A stretch of 20,000 nucleotides of DNA from an uncultured virus (IMG/VR IMGVR_UViG_3300020421_000008) (IMGVR_UViG_3300020421_000008), one strand, 5' to 3'; shown: positions 1-8,540, counted from the stretch's first letter. Numbers and translations: made by a program. Notes: generated by a model from the sequence alone, not told the origin.

Positions 1-178
1 TCAATTGGAAGATTTTAGAATAGCAGCATATGAAGGAACGTATGCAATGATTGCCGTTTCCCCTCCTGTTGATACAGAGAAATCAGAAAAATTACCCCCA
101 ATGAGACATGACAGACATGGAGTAAACATCATTTGGGGCTTACATTTAGAGGGGAATTCTAATGACAAAGCCGGTTAA
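1..178 (+). CDS. 3' end of a hypothetical protein (partial, ...GVNIIWGLHLEGNSNDKAG*)
   Basis: Frame 2 is open from the window start to TAA at 176-178 and overlaps the next start codon. Confidence 0.6.
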   Translation, partial: QLEDFRIAAYEGTYAMIAVSPPVDTEKSEKLPPMRHDRHGVNIIWGLHLEGNSNDKAG

Positions 179-269
179 ACGCACACTATGGGCATTAGCT
201 ACCACAACTGCGGTGGTTATTGCTGGATATATTATTGCATCTCGTGCATTCGGGACAAGTAAATATTAA
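162..269 (+). CDS. 35-aa single-TM peptide (MTKPVKRTLWALATTTAVVIAGYIIASRAFGTSKY)
   Basis: Translated by hand. GAGGGG RBS upstream, hydrophobic core, TAATG coupling to the next ORF. Confidence 0.6.
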   Translation: MTKPVKRTLWALATTTAVVIAGYIIASRAFGTSKY

Positions 270-478
270 TGAAAATACTAGGTAAAGTTCTATTTGTAGT
301 AGTATTTATAGTATCCACCGTGCATGCAGTTATGTATAAGCAGTGGTGGGCTTTTGGGATACTCGTACCAATAGCAGTAGGCGTAGAGTGGGATAGAAGG
401 ATAAAGAGTAAATTTGTAGGTACTTCCACCACTCACGACACACTTCCACGATTCCTAAACAGGAAAAGAATACGATGA
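269..478 (+). CDS. small membrane protein (two hydrophobic segments)
   Basis: ORF track; translational coupling (TAATG) with the upstream peptide. Confidence 0.6.
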   Translation: MKILGKVLFVVVFIVSTVHAVMYKQWWAFGILVPIAVGVEWDRRIKSKFVGTSTTHDTLPRFLNRKRIR

Positions 479-608
479 CTGATCTATTTTGGAAGATAAT
501 CTACCGTAATGAACTCGAATCACGCTGGGAGAAAAAGGCTGAAAAACGTAAGAAACGGCAAACTTTCCGTTTGACGAAACCGGCCCTCTGGCGAAAAAGG
601 AGCAAAAC

Positions 609-932
609 ATGATAACTTTAACAGAAAAAGCATCAACTAAAGTAGCTGAATTACTAGCTGCTGAAGAAGATAAAACCCTTAAAGCCTTAAGGGTAGGAGT
701 TCGACCCGGCGGGTGTGCAGGCATGAATTACGAAATGCACTTTGAATCAGACATCACAGAAGAAGATATAGAACAACTATTCGGAGAAGTAAAGGTAGTA
801 ACAGACCCAGTAAGTGCAGACCTATTAGAAGGAGCAAGCCTAGATTACCATGACGGATTAGGTGAATCAGGGTTCAAAATATCCAATAATAGGGCCAAGA
901 AAACCTGTGGATGTGGTCAAAGTTTCTGCTAA
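609..932 (+). CDS. iscA: HesB/IscA/ErpA-family A-type Fe-S cluster carrier protein
   Basis: MITLTEKA N-terminus, LRVGVRPGGCAGMNY motif, C-terminal TCGCGQSF; AAGGAG RBS. Confidence 0.95.
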   Translation: MITLTEKASTKVAELLAAEEDKTLKALRVGVRPGGCAGMNYEMHFESDITEEDIEQLFGEVKVVTDPVSADLLEGASLDYHDGLGESGFKISNNRAKKTCGCGQSFC

Positions 933-1046
933 AAATAGTAACCACCTCTGATTAAAAGCGGCGCAAAACACCCCCACGATCACCAATATGTACTAAATTC
1001 CATAGTCACAGATACACTAATACACCTATATAAGGATACACCTATA

Positions 1047-1121
1047 ATGATAACACCGATAGCTTTAACCCTTTCTTTAGTATGCTTTATGCTTATAACA
1101 GACCTGATTATACGAAAATGA
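1047..1121 (+). CDS. 24-aa hydrophobic peptide (MITPIALTLSLVCFMLITDLIIRK)
   Basis: Translated by hand. AAGGA upstream, ATGA overlap with the next peptide. Confidence 0.4.
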   Translation: MITPIALTLSLVCFMLITDLIIRK

Positions 1122-1195
1122 TAACCAACCTAATCATCTGGTTTACCATATTATTGCTGATAGCGTTACTAGATTACATCCTTCACAATCTTTAA
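1118..1195 (+). CDS. 25-aa hydrophobic peptide (MITNLIIWFTILLLIALLDYILHNL)
   Basis: Translated by hand. ATGA coupling, single TM-like helix. Confidence 0.4.
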   Translation: MITNLIIWFTILLLIALLDYILHNL

Positions 1196-1205
1196 ATCAC
1201 ACTCC

Positions 1206-1234
1206 TTGACTTCTTTGTCACACTAATGTAACAT
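1206..1234 (+). promoter_or_regulatory. sigmaA-type promoter for whiB
   Basis: TTGACT-17nt-TAACAT. Confidence 0.55.
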
Positions 1235-1295
1235 AGAAATATAACAACATAAAGAGTCTACTATCCACAACATAACCCTGAAACGGATAAGACTC

Positions 1296-1682
1296 ATGAA
1301 TAAACTACACAAAATAACCAAAACCACAAAGACTACTATACAACCACACCCCTCCGAAAACGATCCCACTTCACCCCACAATAACCCACCAGAACCCACT
1401 CAACACTGGTCACAAGAAGCACTTTGCAAAGGTAAATCGGACAAGATGTTCCCCAAAGAACACAAAGACCTGTCCTATATATCAGAGGCTAGACGTATGT
1501 GTAGACAGTGTGATGTACGTAAAGAATGTCTCGATTATGCCCTCAGTTTTCCCCCATCAGACCTTCACGGAGTTTGGGCTGGTTTGACTCCCCGTCAGTT
1601 GGCTGCTGAAGCTCAACGTCGTGGTGTTAAGGCAGAGCGTTTCACATTAGCGCAGATTTGGTCGTATTTAAATCGGAGTTGA
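1296..1682 (+). CDS. whiB: WhiB-family Fe-S transcription regulator
   Basis: W..EALC...C..C.V..EC..YAL and GVWAGLT motifs; low-complexity N-terminal extension. Confidence 0.93.
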   Translation: MNKLHKITKTTKTTIQPHPSENDPTSPHNNPPEPTQHWSQEALCKGKSDKMFPKEHKDLSYISEARRMCRQCDVRKECLDYALSFPPSDLHGVWAGLTPRQLAAEAQRRGVKAERFTLAQIWSYLNRS

Positions 1683-1718
1683 TGACGATGTATAGCACGG
1701 CACTATACAATAAGTATT

Positions 1719-2408
1719 ATGGTTGAGTCTAACAAGCTTTCAAGAGAGTTCCTCGCTGAGAGGGATTTGCGGATTTTCTCGCTAAAGAAGTCTGGCTTGT
1801 CGAATGTTGATATCGGTAAACGGTTTAACATGTCGGCTGCAGCAGTAGCAGCTGCTTCTCGTAGAGTGTTAGGTAGGCTTAACTCTGAGGCGTTCCTTTC
1901 TTACCCAGAAGTTCTTAGGTTAGAATTAGAACGTCTTGATGAAATGCAGAAGTCTTTATGGCCTTTGACCCAGTTTCGACGGGAGACGTTGGACGACGGT
2001 ACTGAGATAATGGTGGAACCTGATCAGAATGCAGTGCGTACTGTATTAGGTATCATGGATCGCAGGTCGAAGTTACTGGGCATGAACGTGGAGCGTACTG
2101 AGGTTGCTATCTCTGGGCTTGATTCTCAGGAGGTTATTGAGGTACAATCTTCGTTGGTTGGTCAAGTGAAAGAAGTTGGCAATAAGGATGCAGCTAAGGA
2201 TGAGTCTTTGGCTTTATTAGAGTTAATGGCCTCTTCTGGTGTCTTGGATCAAGAAGTTGTTTCGAATATCTTAGATGAAGTTTCGGAGGAAGCCGTAGGG
2301 ACGCCATTGGGTGTTATAGAGGAAGATGATGGGACAGATAGTCCCGTCAAAGATGTTGAGATTGTTGATGTTACTATCGATGTAACCATTGATGAAGAGG
2401 AAGGGTAG
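1719..2408 (+). CDS. HTH DNA-binding protein of the actinophage terminase-small-subunit-like type; probably leaderless
   Basis: N-terminal HTH (SGLSNVDIGKRFNMS), LELERLD....LWP and A....L.IMDRRSKLLG motifs; TACAAT (1706-1711) lies 7 nt before the ATG; acidic tail. Confidence 0.65.
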   Translation: MVESNKLSREFLAERDLRIFSLKKSGLSNVDIGKRFNMSAAAVAAASRRVLGRLNSEAFLSYPEVLRLELERLDEMQKSLWPLTQFRRETLDDGTEIMVEPDQNAVRTVLGIMDRRSKLLGMNVERTEVAISGLDSQEVIEVQSSLVGQVKEVGNKDAAKDESLALLELMASSGVLDQEVVSNILDEVSEEAVGTPLGVIEEDDGTDSPVKDVEIVDVTIDVTIDEEEG

Positions 2409-2410
2409 TT

Positions 2411-2737
2411 ATGACTACTGAGTATATGAAGGAAGTTCTTCGCTCAGATGAAGTGAAGAAATCTAATATTGAGGCAGCTTTGCTTGAAGAGCTTAGCGAA
2501 CCTGAGGAGTTAATTGAAGAATCCCGTGATAAACAAGTTTTAATTAGGGTTTCTGAAACTCAGCGTGACCAGTGGGCGGCAGCTGCTGAAGCAGATAGTT
2601 GTTCTGTTTCTGAGTGGCTTCGTCAGATGGCTGATACAAGATGGCGTGAAATCTTTTCTTGTACACATCCGTTGGATGATCGTCAAGTTTATCCTTGGTC
2701 AGAGTTTTGTCTGAAGTGCGGTACTCGAATGCGCTAG
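2411..2737 (+). CDS. RHH-like DNA-binding protein with C-terminal Cys/His metal site
   Basis: KQVLIRVSE...W..AA.....SVSEWLR pattern; C.H...CLKCG; GGAAGGG RBS. Confidence 0.7.
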   Translation: MTTEYMKEVLRSDEVKKSNIEAALLEELSEPEELIEESRDKQVLIRVSETQRDQWAAAAEADSCSVSEWLRQMADTRWREIFSCTHPLDDRQVYPWSEFCLKCGTRMR

Positions 2738-2756
2738 CGGTGCGGTTGCCCTGCGG

Positions 2757-2778
2757 TAGGGATACCATAGGGATGCCA
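2757..2778 (+). repeat. tandem TAGGGAYRCCA 11-mers (boundary motif)
   Basis: TAGGGATACCA+TAGGGATGCCA. The same motif occurs at 2296, 3723, 12337, 12348, 16559, 16570 and 18992. Confidence 0.85.
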
Positions 2779-3007
2779 TTGAGCTAGTTTTGAACTTAGG
2801 AAACTTGGTGGATTAGTCCCGTTAGTGGTTGGCGGGCTGGTGTGAGCTTCGGAATTTATCGGTGTGGGTTCTGAGGCGGGGATGGATTGTCTTTCTAGAC
2901 TGGGTAAGTTTTCTACTTAATTTCGCCCAGGGGAGGGCCAAGTTTATTTTTTCGGATTTTGGATTTCACCCGTTCCCGTTTTTCTTCGTGATTTTTAACG
3001 TAGTTCC

Positions 3008-3036
3008 ACTCTATCACGGGGGTGAGACATTTGCAA
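3008..3036 (-). promoter_or_regulatory. promoter with TGTC element; no obvious downstream gene
   Basis: Minus strand: TTGCAA-A-TGTCTC-N10-TAGAGT. Confidence 0.6.
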
Positions 3037-3795
3037 CCTTTTCGCGGGATTTTCTTGAAACCCTGGATCGGTCTTCCTCGATTTGATCAAAAGTTGTAGT
3101 TTTTGAAAGTTTTCAGCTCAGCTGCAGCTGGCCTGTCAAAAACCTTAGGTAACTTTCTACTCTTCGAAGAATCTGAAGAAAGTTGCAGAAAGGTGCAGTT
3201 TTCGAGAGCTTTCCTGGGGGCCGGAGCTCCCGTCTCCTGGTTGGCCCCGTAAAATGGTGAAAAGTTGTGGTTTTTTAAAGTTTTGCGCTGCTATTGCCGC
3301 TGAGGAAGTGGATCAGCATTCTTAGAAAATGCAAAAAACGCCAGCTTTTGCAAACATTTGGGATGGGCCCCGTGCTGAGTGGCCCGCGGCTTCCCGTAAA
3401 TGCGGCAAAAATCTGACGTTTTTGAAAGTTTTATCGACTTTTACTTTTAGAAGCGGGATCGAAGTAGTTCTCTTTCGAGAGAATCGGTCCACATTCTACG
3501 TTCGGGGACGTTGATGTCATCGAATTGTCGATTGAATCGACGCTTTCTTGAGTTTTCCCGTTGTTTGTCGATTGCTTTTCGTAAGTTTTTCATTTAGTTT
3601 CACCTCTTCCGTTTAACTCCAGTATCTAATGTATAACATCTAGAGATTCTTGTCTAGTAAATAGCCTGTGTCCTTTGACACGTTTGGTAGTTTTAACATG
3701 GCTGAAACATTGTGGCCTGCCGTAGGAACACCATTGAGGTGGAATAGAAGGTTAGGAAGCCCCGATAGAATATAAAGGTAGGTTAGTCCCGCTTA

Positions 3796-3836
3796 CAAAC
3801 GAGCTGCTTGCAAACGAGCTGTATGCGGGCTACTAT
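3796..3836 (+). promoter_or_regulatory. promoter overlapped by an 11-bp direct repeat (likely operator)
   Basis: TTGCAA-17-TACTAT; CAAACGAGCTG at 3796 and 3811. Confidence 0.6.
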
Positions 3837-3854
3837 ATATAAAGAGGTGTAACA

Positions 3855-4076
3855 ATGAGAGATTCTTTTCACGTTATGAGAACGGGAAGACCGCCTAAAA
3901 AGGCAGACCTTTCTGAGCATAAAATTGGAATGTCGTTTAAGGTTGATCCTAAATTAAAGAATCTTTTACTTGAGATTTCTGAGGGCTACGATATTACGAT
4001 AACCGAACTTCTTTTGACCATGGCCTTAAAAGAGGCAGGGTTGGAAAGTTTGGATGATTTTGGATCAGAAGAATAA
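3855..4076 (+). CDS. small RHH-like DNA-binding protein with a GRP (AT-hook-like) motif
   Basis: RTGRPPKK followed by a beta-helix-helix pattern (MSFKVDPKLKNLL...ITITELL); GAGGTG RBS. Confidence 0.7.
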   Translation: MRDSFHVMRTGRPPKKADLSEHKIGMSFKVDPKLKNLLLEISEGYDITITELLLTMALKEAGLESLDDFGSEE

Positions 4077-4395
4077 ACTGACAAAGTTGCACATTTCGGT
4101 TCCTTTTTGGTTAAAAGAGCTTTTAGTTGATGCTGCTCAAAAAGAAGAGATGAGTACTTCCCAGTACTGTGCTCACAAGTTAGAGGAGAGCGCTAGGGAC
4201 ACCATTGGCATCATTAGAAAGCCCCCCGTTGCTTCGATACCTACGGTGAGTGATGTGTTAAGAAGTTATGTCGAAGGGACCAGCAAGCTCATAGGTCCTT
4301 GTGGCGAACCTTTTCCGTGCGACTACGATCCTGATCAAGTTAAAGTACTTGGAGACTACGAGTTTTGTCATGCTTGTGACATCTGTGTTCACTGA
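4054..4395 (+). CDS. RHH-like protein with C-terminal Cys-rich Zn-binding domain
   Basis: LHISVPFWLKELL..AA..EEMSTSQY; C....PC...CHAC. Confidence 0.7.
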   Translation: MILDQKNKLTKLHISVPFWLKELLVDAAQKEEMSTSQYCAHKLEESARDTIGIIRKPPVASIPTVSDVLRSYVEGTSKLIGPCGEPFPCDYDPDQVKVLGDYEFCHACDICVH

Positions 4396-4412
4396 AGAAC
4401 CCACACAAGGAT

Positions 4413-4748
4413 CTAACTATTTAACCACTCTTCCATCTCCTCCTCACCCTTCGTGTGAGTAGCGTAGATGTCTAAGAAATATTCTACCTTCTCTGCGTTG
4501 CGGAAGATGAGACTTAGATCGTGGTACTTCTTATTGGTTGGGTTCTGTCCGTTGTGCCATGCAGATAGCGAACACCCTTTGATAGCCTGCTTGCACTCCT
4601 CCATAGAGTAGTGTCGTAATGCAACACCGAGCTTTTTGCGCCGAGCCTCGTCAAAAACTGTAGATGATCTTTTGTTAAAGGTATCTTTCCAGTATTCAAA
4701 CAGTTCCTCTAGCGGACTCTCTATATCAAAGAGTGTTTCATTATCCAT
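4413..4748 (-). CDS. stand-alone phage replication-initiator (replisome organizer) C-terminal-like domain
   Basis: LFEYWK...AIKGC..S.WH.GQN....KY.DL.LIFRN.EKVE.F pattern. Confidence 0.6.
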   Translation of the reverse strand: MDNETLFDIESPLEELFEYWKDTFNKRSSTVFDEARRKKLGVALRHYSMEECKQAIKGCSLSAWHNGQNPTNKKYHDLSLIFRNAEKVEYFLDIYATHTKGEEEMEEWLNS

Positions 4749-4945
4749 TAGGCCTCGCTTGTGTGAATTGCATTTACTATCTTTAGATTAACTCGTTCTA
4801 GTTCCGCAGTCAAATGATGCATCTCATCATCATTGTCTAACGCTTGAACCTCCACGATATTCAAAGCAGTATGTATCAGCCTAGCATCTTCCTGTGTAAG
4901 GAATAACTTGACAGTATTATCTACTATGTTGTATTTCATATGCAT
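4748..4945 (-). CDS. hypothetical protein
   Basis: GGAGG RBS; TAATG coupling at both ends. Confidence 0.75.
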   Translation of the reverse strand: MHMKYNIVDNTVKLFLTQEDARLIHTALNIVEVQALDNDDEMHHLTAELERVNLKIVNAIHTSEA

Positions 4946-5085
4946 TATATCTCCTCCGTTTCGATATCAATAAGGGTACCCAGTGTCATATCTACTGTGG
5001 CTTCCGCCATTTCTGGATCATCTGCTTCAACCCTGAACACTTGTATACCGTGTTCGTGGATAAAACTTACGTTGTATGTTGCCAT
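4945..5085 (-). CDS. 46-aa hypothetical protein (MATYNVSFIHEHGIQVFRVEADDPEMAEATV...)
   Basis: Translated by hand. Fills the gap exactly, with TAATG overlaps on both sides. Confidence 0.75.
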   Translation of the reverse strand: MATYNVSFIHEHGIQVFRVEADDPEMAEATVDMTLGTLIDIETEEI

Positions 5086-5291
5086 TATTGTGTCACCACC
5101 TGATTTATACCGACCTGCTGGCCGTCTTTGTCTAATACCTTGATAGTAGTCTCTTCCCAGAACAAGTCACTGTCAATATCATCTACCATACCTTCGCCTC
5201 TATCCAAAGCTTCTTGTGGGCAAGTGATATCTTCCTCGTCTAGATTGAGCGATACTACTCTTTTAATTTCTATTTCTATTGTGTATTCCAT
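5085..5291 (-). CDS. acidic hypothetical protein
   Basis: AGGAGG RBS; coupled to the downstream ORF. Confidence 0.8.
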   Translation of the reverse strand: MEYTIEIEIKRVVSLNLDEEDITCPQEALDRGEGMVDDIDSDLFWEETTIKVLDKDGQQVGINQVVTQ

Positions 5292-5366
5292 TTAAACCTC
5301 CTATGGTTTAGTTAATTTTTTGTTAGTGTAATGATTTGAACGGTTAATGGGTTAGCCATTCAGAGT

Positions 5367-5406
5367 TAGGGCTGGAGGGTAGTAGAGATACACCTCCAGC
5401 CCTTTT
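5367..5406. terminator. stem-loop after the vWA gene
   Basis: AGGGCTGGAGG...CCTCCAGCCCT, with TTTT on the + side. Confidence 0.7.
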
Positions 5407-5408
5407 GC

Positions 5409-7043
5409 TTAACTCCTTTGACTTGGTTTAACTACGCCGGATAGTTTTTCTTCCCAGCGTTCCAAGATTCTAGGGCTAGGCTTTTGTCCCCTCTGCAAGC
5501 CTTTGAGATATTCAATGGCTCCTTCAGGTTCATACTCCATGTGTACATTGAACTTCTTTGCGTACAATGCACACTCACGCTCGTCGTAGGAACTTGCACC
5601 GGAAGGTCGGTAAACCATTCCGTCAGTTATCCATACAACTGGCGCTCCTATAGTTTGGCGTTTGCTAACAGCGTACTCTATCGCTGGCAAGTCGTTTCCG
5701 TTGCCATTGAAGAATCGTGGTAGCGAACCACCAAACACTTTACCTTTGTCAGCGAGGATAAAAGTGTTAAAGTCATCTGTATCCCAGCCACAAGAGTAAG
5801 CGATGACGGTACAACCGGGGGCTGCCATCATCATATCTTTTACCTGATCTTTTGATAAAGACATGGAGCCTGATACGTCAATCAGCACTACGCCTCCTTG
5901 AGCCTTTACCTTCTTATCAAAGATTCGTCTTTCAGGATCAGTCAGCAGTCTTTGTATCCTTCGTGGGTTTCTACCTACGTTTGATGCAACTCGCTTTTTA
6001 CCGATTGCTCCTTGTACGTTTAAGGTTAAAGGTAATCCAGTGTCCACTTTGACTGGTATCCAGTTTCCGAGTCCACCTTTGCGAGCAATTCTGCTGTTTA
6101 ATGCTTCTTTTGCTCGCTTTTGGATATCTTTCCGATCTATCATTTTAGCATCTTCTGAAAGTTCATCTTTCTTTGTGTCTTTGTCAAGACCTGCTTCATG
6201 ATCTACGGATATTTCTCCATCACCTTCTTGCCCACCGTCGGCTTCCAGTTCCTCTTGTCCTTCATCTGATTCATCTTCTTCGGATTCATCTGACGAGCTT
6301 TGGACTTGTTCTGGCATTTCCATTGGTGGTGCTGGTAAAGATGCAATACCTTCAATGAGCATTGCGAACTCTACCGTGTAAGACATTCCAGATATCCATT
6401 CAGGGTTTTGATCTGCTGATTCAGTAGAACCATAGATACCGAAAGCAGTTGAGTCGTCCGTTCTCTGAACGCCTGCGTAATGCTTTTTGATTTCCCTAAT
6501 CTGGTTTTTCTGGAACTTTACAAACTCTTTAGATATGACTCTTAGTTGATCTGCCCATGCTGGAGCCTCACGCCTCATACCAGTTAGTAGAGGACGAAGC
6601 CCACCAGTGTGAATGGAGGCCGCAACTGCATAGACTGATTCTGCCCATGAGTTGGTGGCTACCAATATTTCACCGTCATGCTTTTCTGATCCTGTAATCA
6701 TATCCTTCATGGGGAACCCTAAAGATTCCGCAATAAAGTTTACTCTTGCTTCTTCTGCTGCTCGGATTGCTCCCTCTGGAGTAACTTCGTTTATGTACGG
6801 AGTTAAGTCTTGGGGAGAAACCTTCACATGAATTTGCTCATGCCCTCTGATGCTTCTAGCAAGATTAGAGTCATCTAAAGGTACTCGCATGATACGACCT
6901 GAAACAGTAATAAAGGGTTCTCCTCTAACTGCTCTGGCACGTCCAACGTCCCAGCCACCAGTGTTACGGATATCTCTCCGTGTGAACACCTCTGGCATTG
7001 GTCGGTTTCTGTTTTCAATTTTTTCAATTATATGGTTTGTCAT
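5409..7043 (-). CDS. vWA-domain protein with N-terminal HEXXH metallopeptidase-like domain (CobT-like MoxR partner)
   Basis: GHEQIH and AAEEARVN; acidic linker; MIDAS DVSGSM and ITDG. Confidence 0.85.
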   Translation of the reverse strand: MTNHIIEKIENRNRPMPEVFTRRDIRNTGGWDVGRARAVRGEPFITVSGRIMRVPLDDSNLARSIRGHEQIHVKVSPQDLTPYINEVTPEGAIRAAEEARVNFIAESLGFPMKDMITGSEKHDGEILVATNSWAESVYAVAASIHTGGLRPLLTGMRREAPAWADQLRVISKEFVKFQKNQIREIKKHYAGVQRTDDSTAFGIYGSTESADQNPEWISGMSYTVEFAMLIEGIASLPAPPMEMPEQVQSSSDESEEDESDEGQEELEADGGQEGDGEISVDHEAGLDKDTKKDELSEDAKMIDRKDIQKRAKEALNSRIARKGGLGNWIPVKVDTGLPLTLNVQGAIGKKRVASNVGRNPRRIQRLLTDPERRIFDKKVKAQGGVVLIDVSGSMSLSKDQVKDMMMAAPGCTVIAYSCGWDTDDFNTFILADKGKVFGGSLPRFFNGNGNDLPAIEYAVSKRQTIGAPVVWITDGMVYRPSGASSYDERECALYAKKFNVHMEYEPEGAIEYLKGLQRGQKPSPRILERWEEKLSGVVKPSQRS

Positions 7044-7095
7044 TGTAATCCTCTCTACGGATTATTTAGTATCAAGCGACTTGCTTGATATAACA

Positions 7096-7129
7096 AATTT
7101 AGCAGACTTTGAGCTTTTTGTCAAGTCTT
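7096..7129 (-). promoter_or_regulatory. strong sigmaA promoter
   Basis: AAGAC-TTGACA-17-TAAATT, with TGC immediately before the -10 box. Confidence 0.8.
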
Positions 7130-7165
7130 TTATCTAATTTTTTGTGGTTGGTTTTTATAGACTGT

Positions 7166-7200
7166 GAGGGAGAGGGTAACCAACCAAACCCCTCTCCCTC
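7166..7200 (-). terminator. stem-loop after the AAA gene
   Basis: GAGGGAGAGGG / CCCTCTCCCTC inverted repeat. Confidence 0.7.
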
Positions 7201-7252
7201 TGTGCGATGGCTAGGCGAAAGAAATAAAACCTAACCACTTGGAGGCACGATC

Positions 7253-7972
7253 TTAGCCTTCTACAGATTGAAACTTATCAATGTTGATTGCTTCAATAAA
7301 TGCAGTGGCTCGTTCTCCTAAGATAAGTTTGGCTGCTTTTTCCTCACCCATCTGTTGAGCAAGTTTGCTCATGGATTGGAATAAGCGGAGCGACATACGC
7401 TCTGCGCCAGCGTCAGCCATACGATCAGCATAGCCTCTCCAGTGCATTGGCAATGTAGCCAGAGCATCTGGGTGAGGGCGATCTATTCGCAAGCGAACTG
7501 GGAACCTATCTATCAGTGCCTGTGGCAGTTCTTCAATGACTTCAACATTAGTTGTCATCACTACGGTATAACCCGGAGCCGGAGTTGTTTTTTCTCCAGT
7601 TACTGGGTGTTCCCATTCAGACGATCCGTCAGAATCAGTCATGTTTAGGAGCGTAGCGAATACGTCACCACCTGCCTTATCTATTTCGTCTACTACGAGT
7701 CGAGCTCCAGTACGACGAGCCTTGATCGCAACACCTTCAATCCATTGGAAGCCACCATCTGCTGATGGTAGGAACCCTCCAGTGACATCCATGTTCGTCA
7801 TGTCGTCAGTACAAGTAAGTCTGTGAGACTCTTGCCCTTCTCTCTTTTGAGTATGAAGTGCGGAGAAGGTCTTACCAGTTCCCGGAGGACCGTACAGAAT
7901 TACTCTGTCCACTCCTGCGTTAAGAATCTGTTTGTAAGTTTCCCAACAATTCTCTCTCTCTTGATTTTCCAT
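7253..7972 (-). CDS. MoxR/CbbQ/CobS-like AAA+ ATPase
   Basis: Walker A GPPGTGKT, Walker B LVVDEIDK, sensor MTTN, ALIDRF Arg finger. Confidence 0.92.
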   Translation of the reverse strand: MENQERENCWETYKQILNAGVDRVILYGPPGTGKTFSALHTQKREGQESHRLTCTDDMTNMDVTGGFLPSADGGFQWIEGVAIKARRTGARLVVDEIDKAGGDVFATLLNMTDSDGSSEWEHPVTGEKTTPAPGYTVVMTTNVEVIEELPQALIDRFPVRLRIDRPHPDALATLPMHWRGYADRMADAGAERMSLRLFQSMSKLAQQMGEEKAAKLILGERATAFIEAINIDKFQSVEG

Positions 7973-8040
7973 TGTGTGTACCTCCAGTACATTTCTTTAT
8001 GGTTTTGGTTGGTGGGAGGAACTTCCCCCCACCAACAACA

Positions 8041-8074
8041 ACGTTAGCAGATTATTGTATCGCTGTCAAGTCTT
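8041..8074 (-). promoter_or_regulatory. strong sigmaA promoter embedded in the 3' end of the upstream CDS
   Basis: AAGAC-TTGACA-17-TAACGT. Confidence 0.8.
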
Positions 8075-8540
8075 TATCTAAAATTTCTTTAGATAATCTA
8101 AATTTATTTATGAACTGCATAACGGTATAGGCGCTTTCAACACCGAGCTCGTTAGCATGATCATCTCCCCAGTAGTCCTTGTTGTAAAGTACAACTGGTT
8201 CTTCCGAGCCTTTGTTATACCAAACACATGGTGCTGGGTAGCCGATGTCCGCTGGTGCATGCGTGATCATAATTCCATATCCAGTAGTGTCATAGTGATC
8301 CTGTAGTTCAGGTTCTACAACTCTGCGAGGATTGGTTAATGTGTCAAAAATTATCCGACTTGCATACGCCTCGTCATCTATACGACCAGCGTCTACACAT
8401 TTTTGAAGTCCATCTGCAAGTATTTCGCAAACGCTATCTCCTGTCCAATGTGTGTAGAAGTGTACAACACCTCTTGACTTTGGTTGTCCTTCGCTATCTA
8501 GGTAGCCTTGATTAATTGAGATTACTGCTCGCTCTCCCAT
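8052..8540 (-). CDS. phage hypothetical protein (MG.RA.I...Y.HW.G type)
   Basis: ORF track; TAATG coupling. Confidence 0.8.
   Translation of the reverse strand: MGERAVISINQGYLDSEGQPKSRGVVHFYTHWTGDSVCEILADGLQKCVDAGRIDDEAYASRIIFDTLTNPRRVVEPELQDHYDTTGYGIMITHAPADIGYPAPCVWYNKGSEEPVVLYNKDYWGDDHANELGVESAYTVMQFINKFRLSKEILDKDLTAIQ

Noticed and set aside
1216..1234. TGTCAC in the whiB promoter as a seventh TGTC-class promoter
   Set aside because: Only 7 nt separate it from the -10 box, not 10.
3300..3332. Hammerhead ribozyme core (CTGAGGA...GAAA)
   Set aside because: Stem II does not close next to GAAA and no stems I/III are apparent.
2829..3514. ORFs 2829-3086 and 3329-3514
   Set aside because: No convincing RBS; the translations reflect T-tract repeats.
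5484..8047. Plus-strand ORFs opposite the vWA and AAA genes (and similar shadow ORFs at 455-724, 13082-13315, 19573-19806)
   Set aside because: Antisense shadows of well-supported genes.
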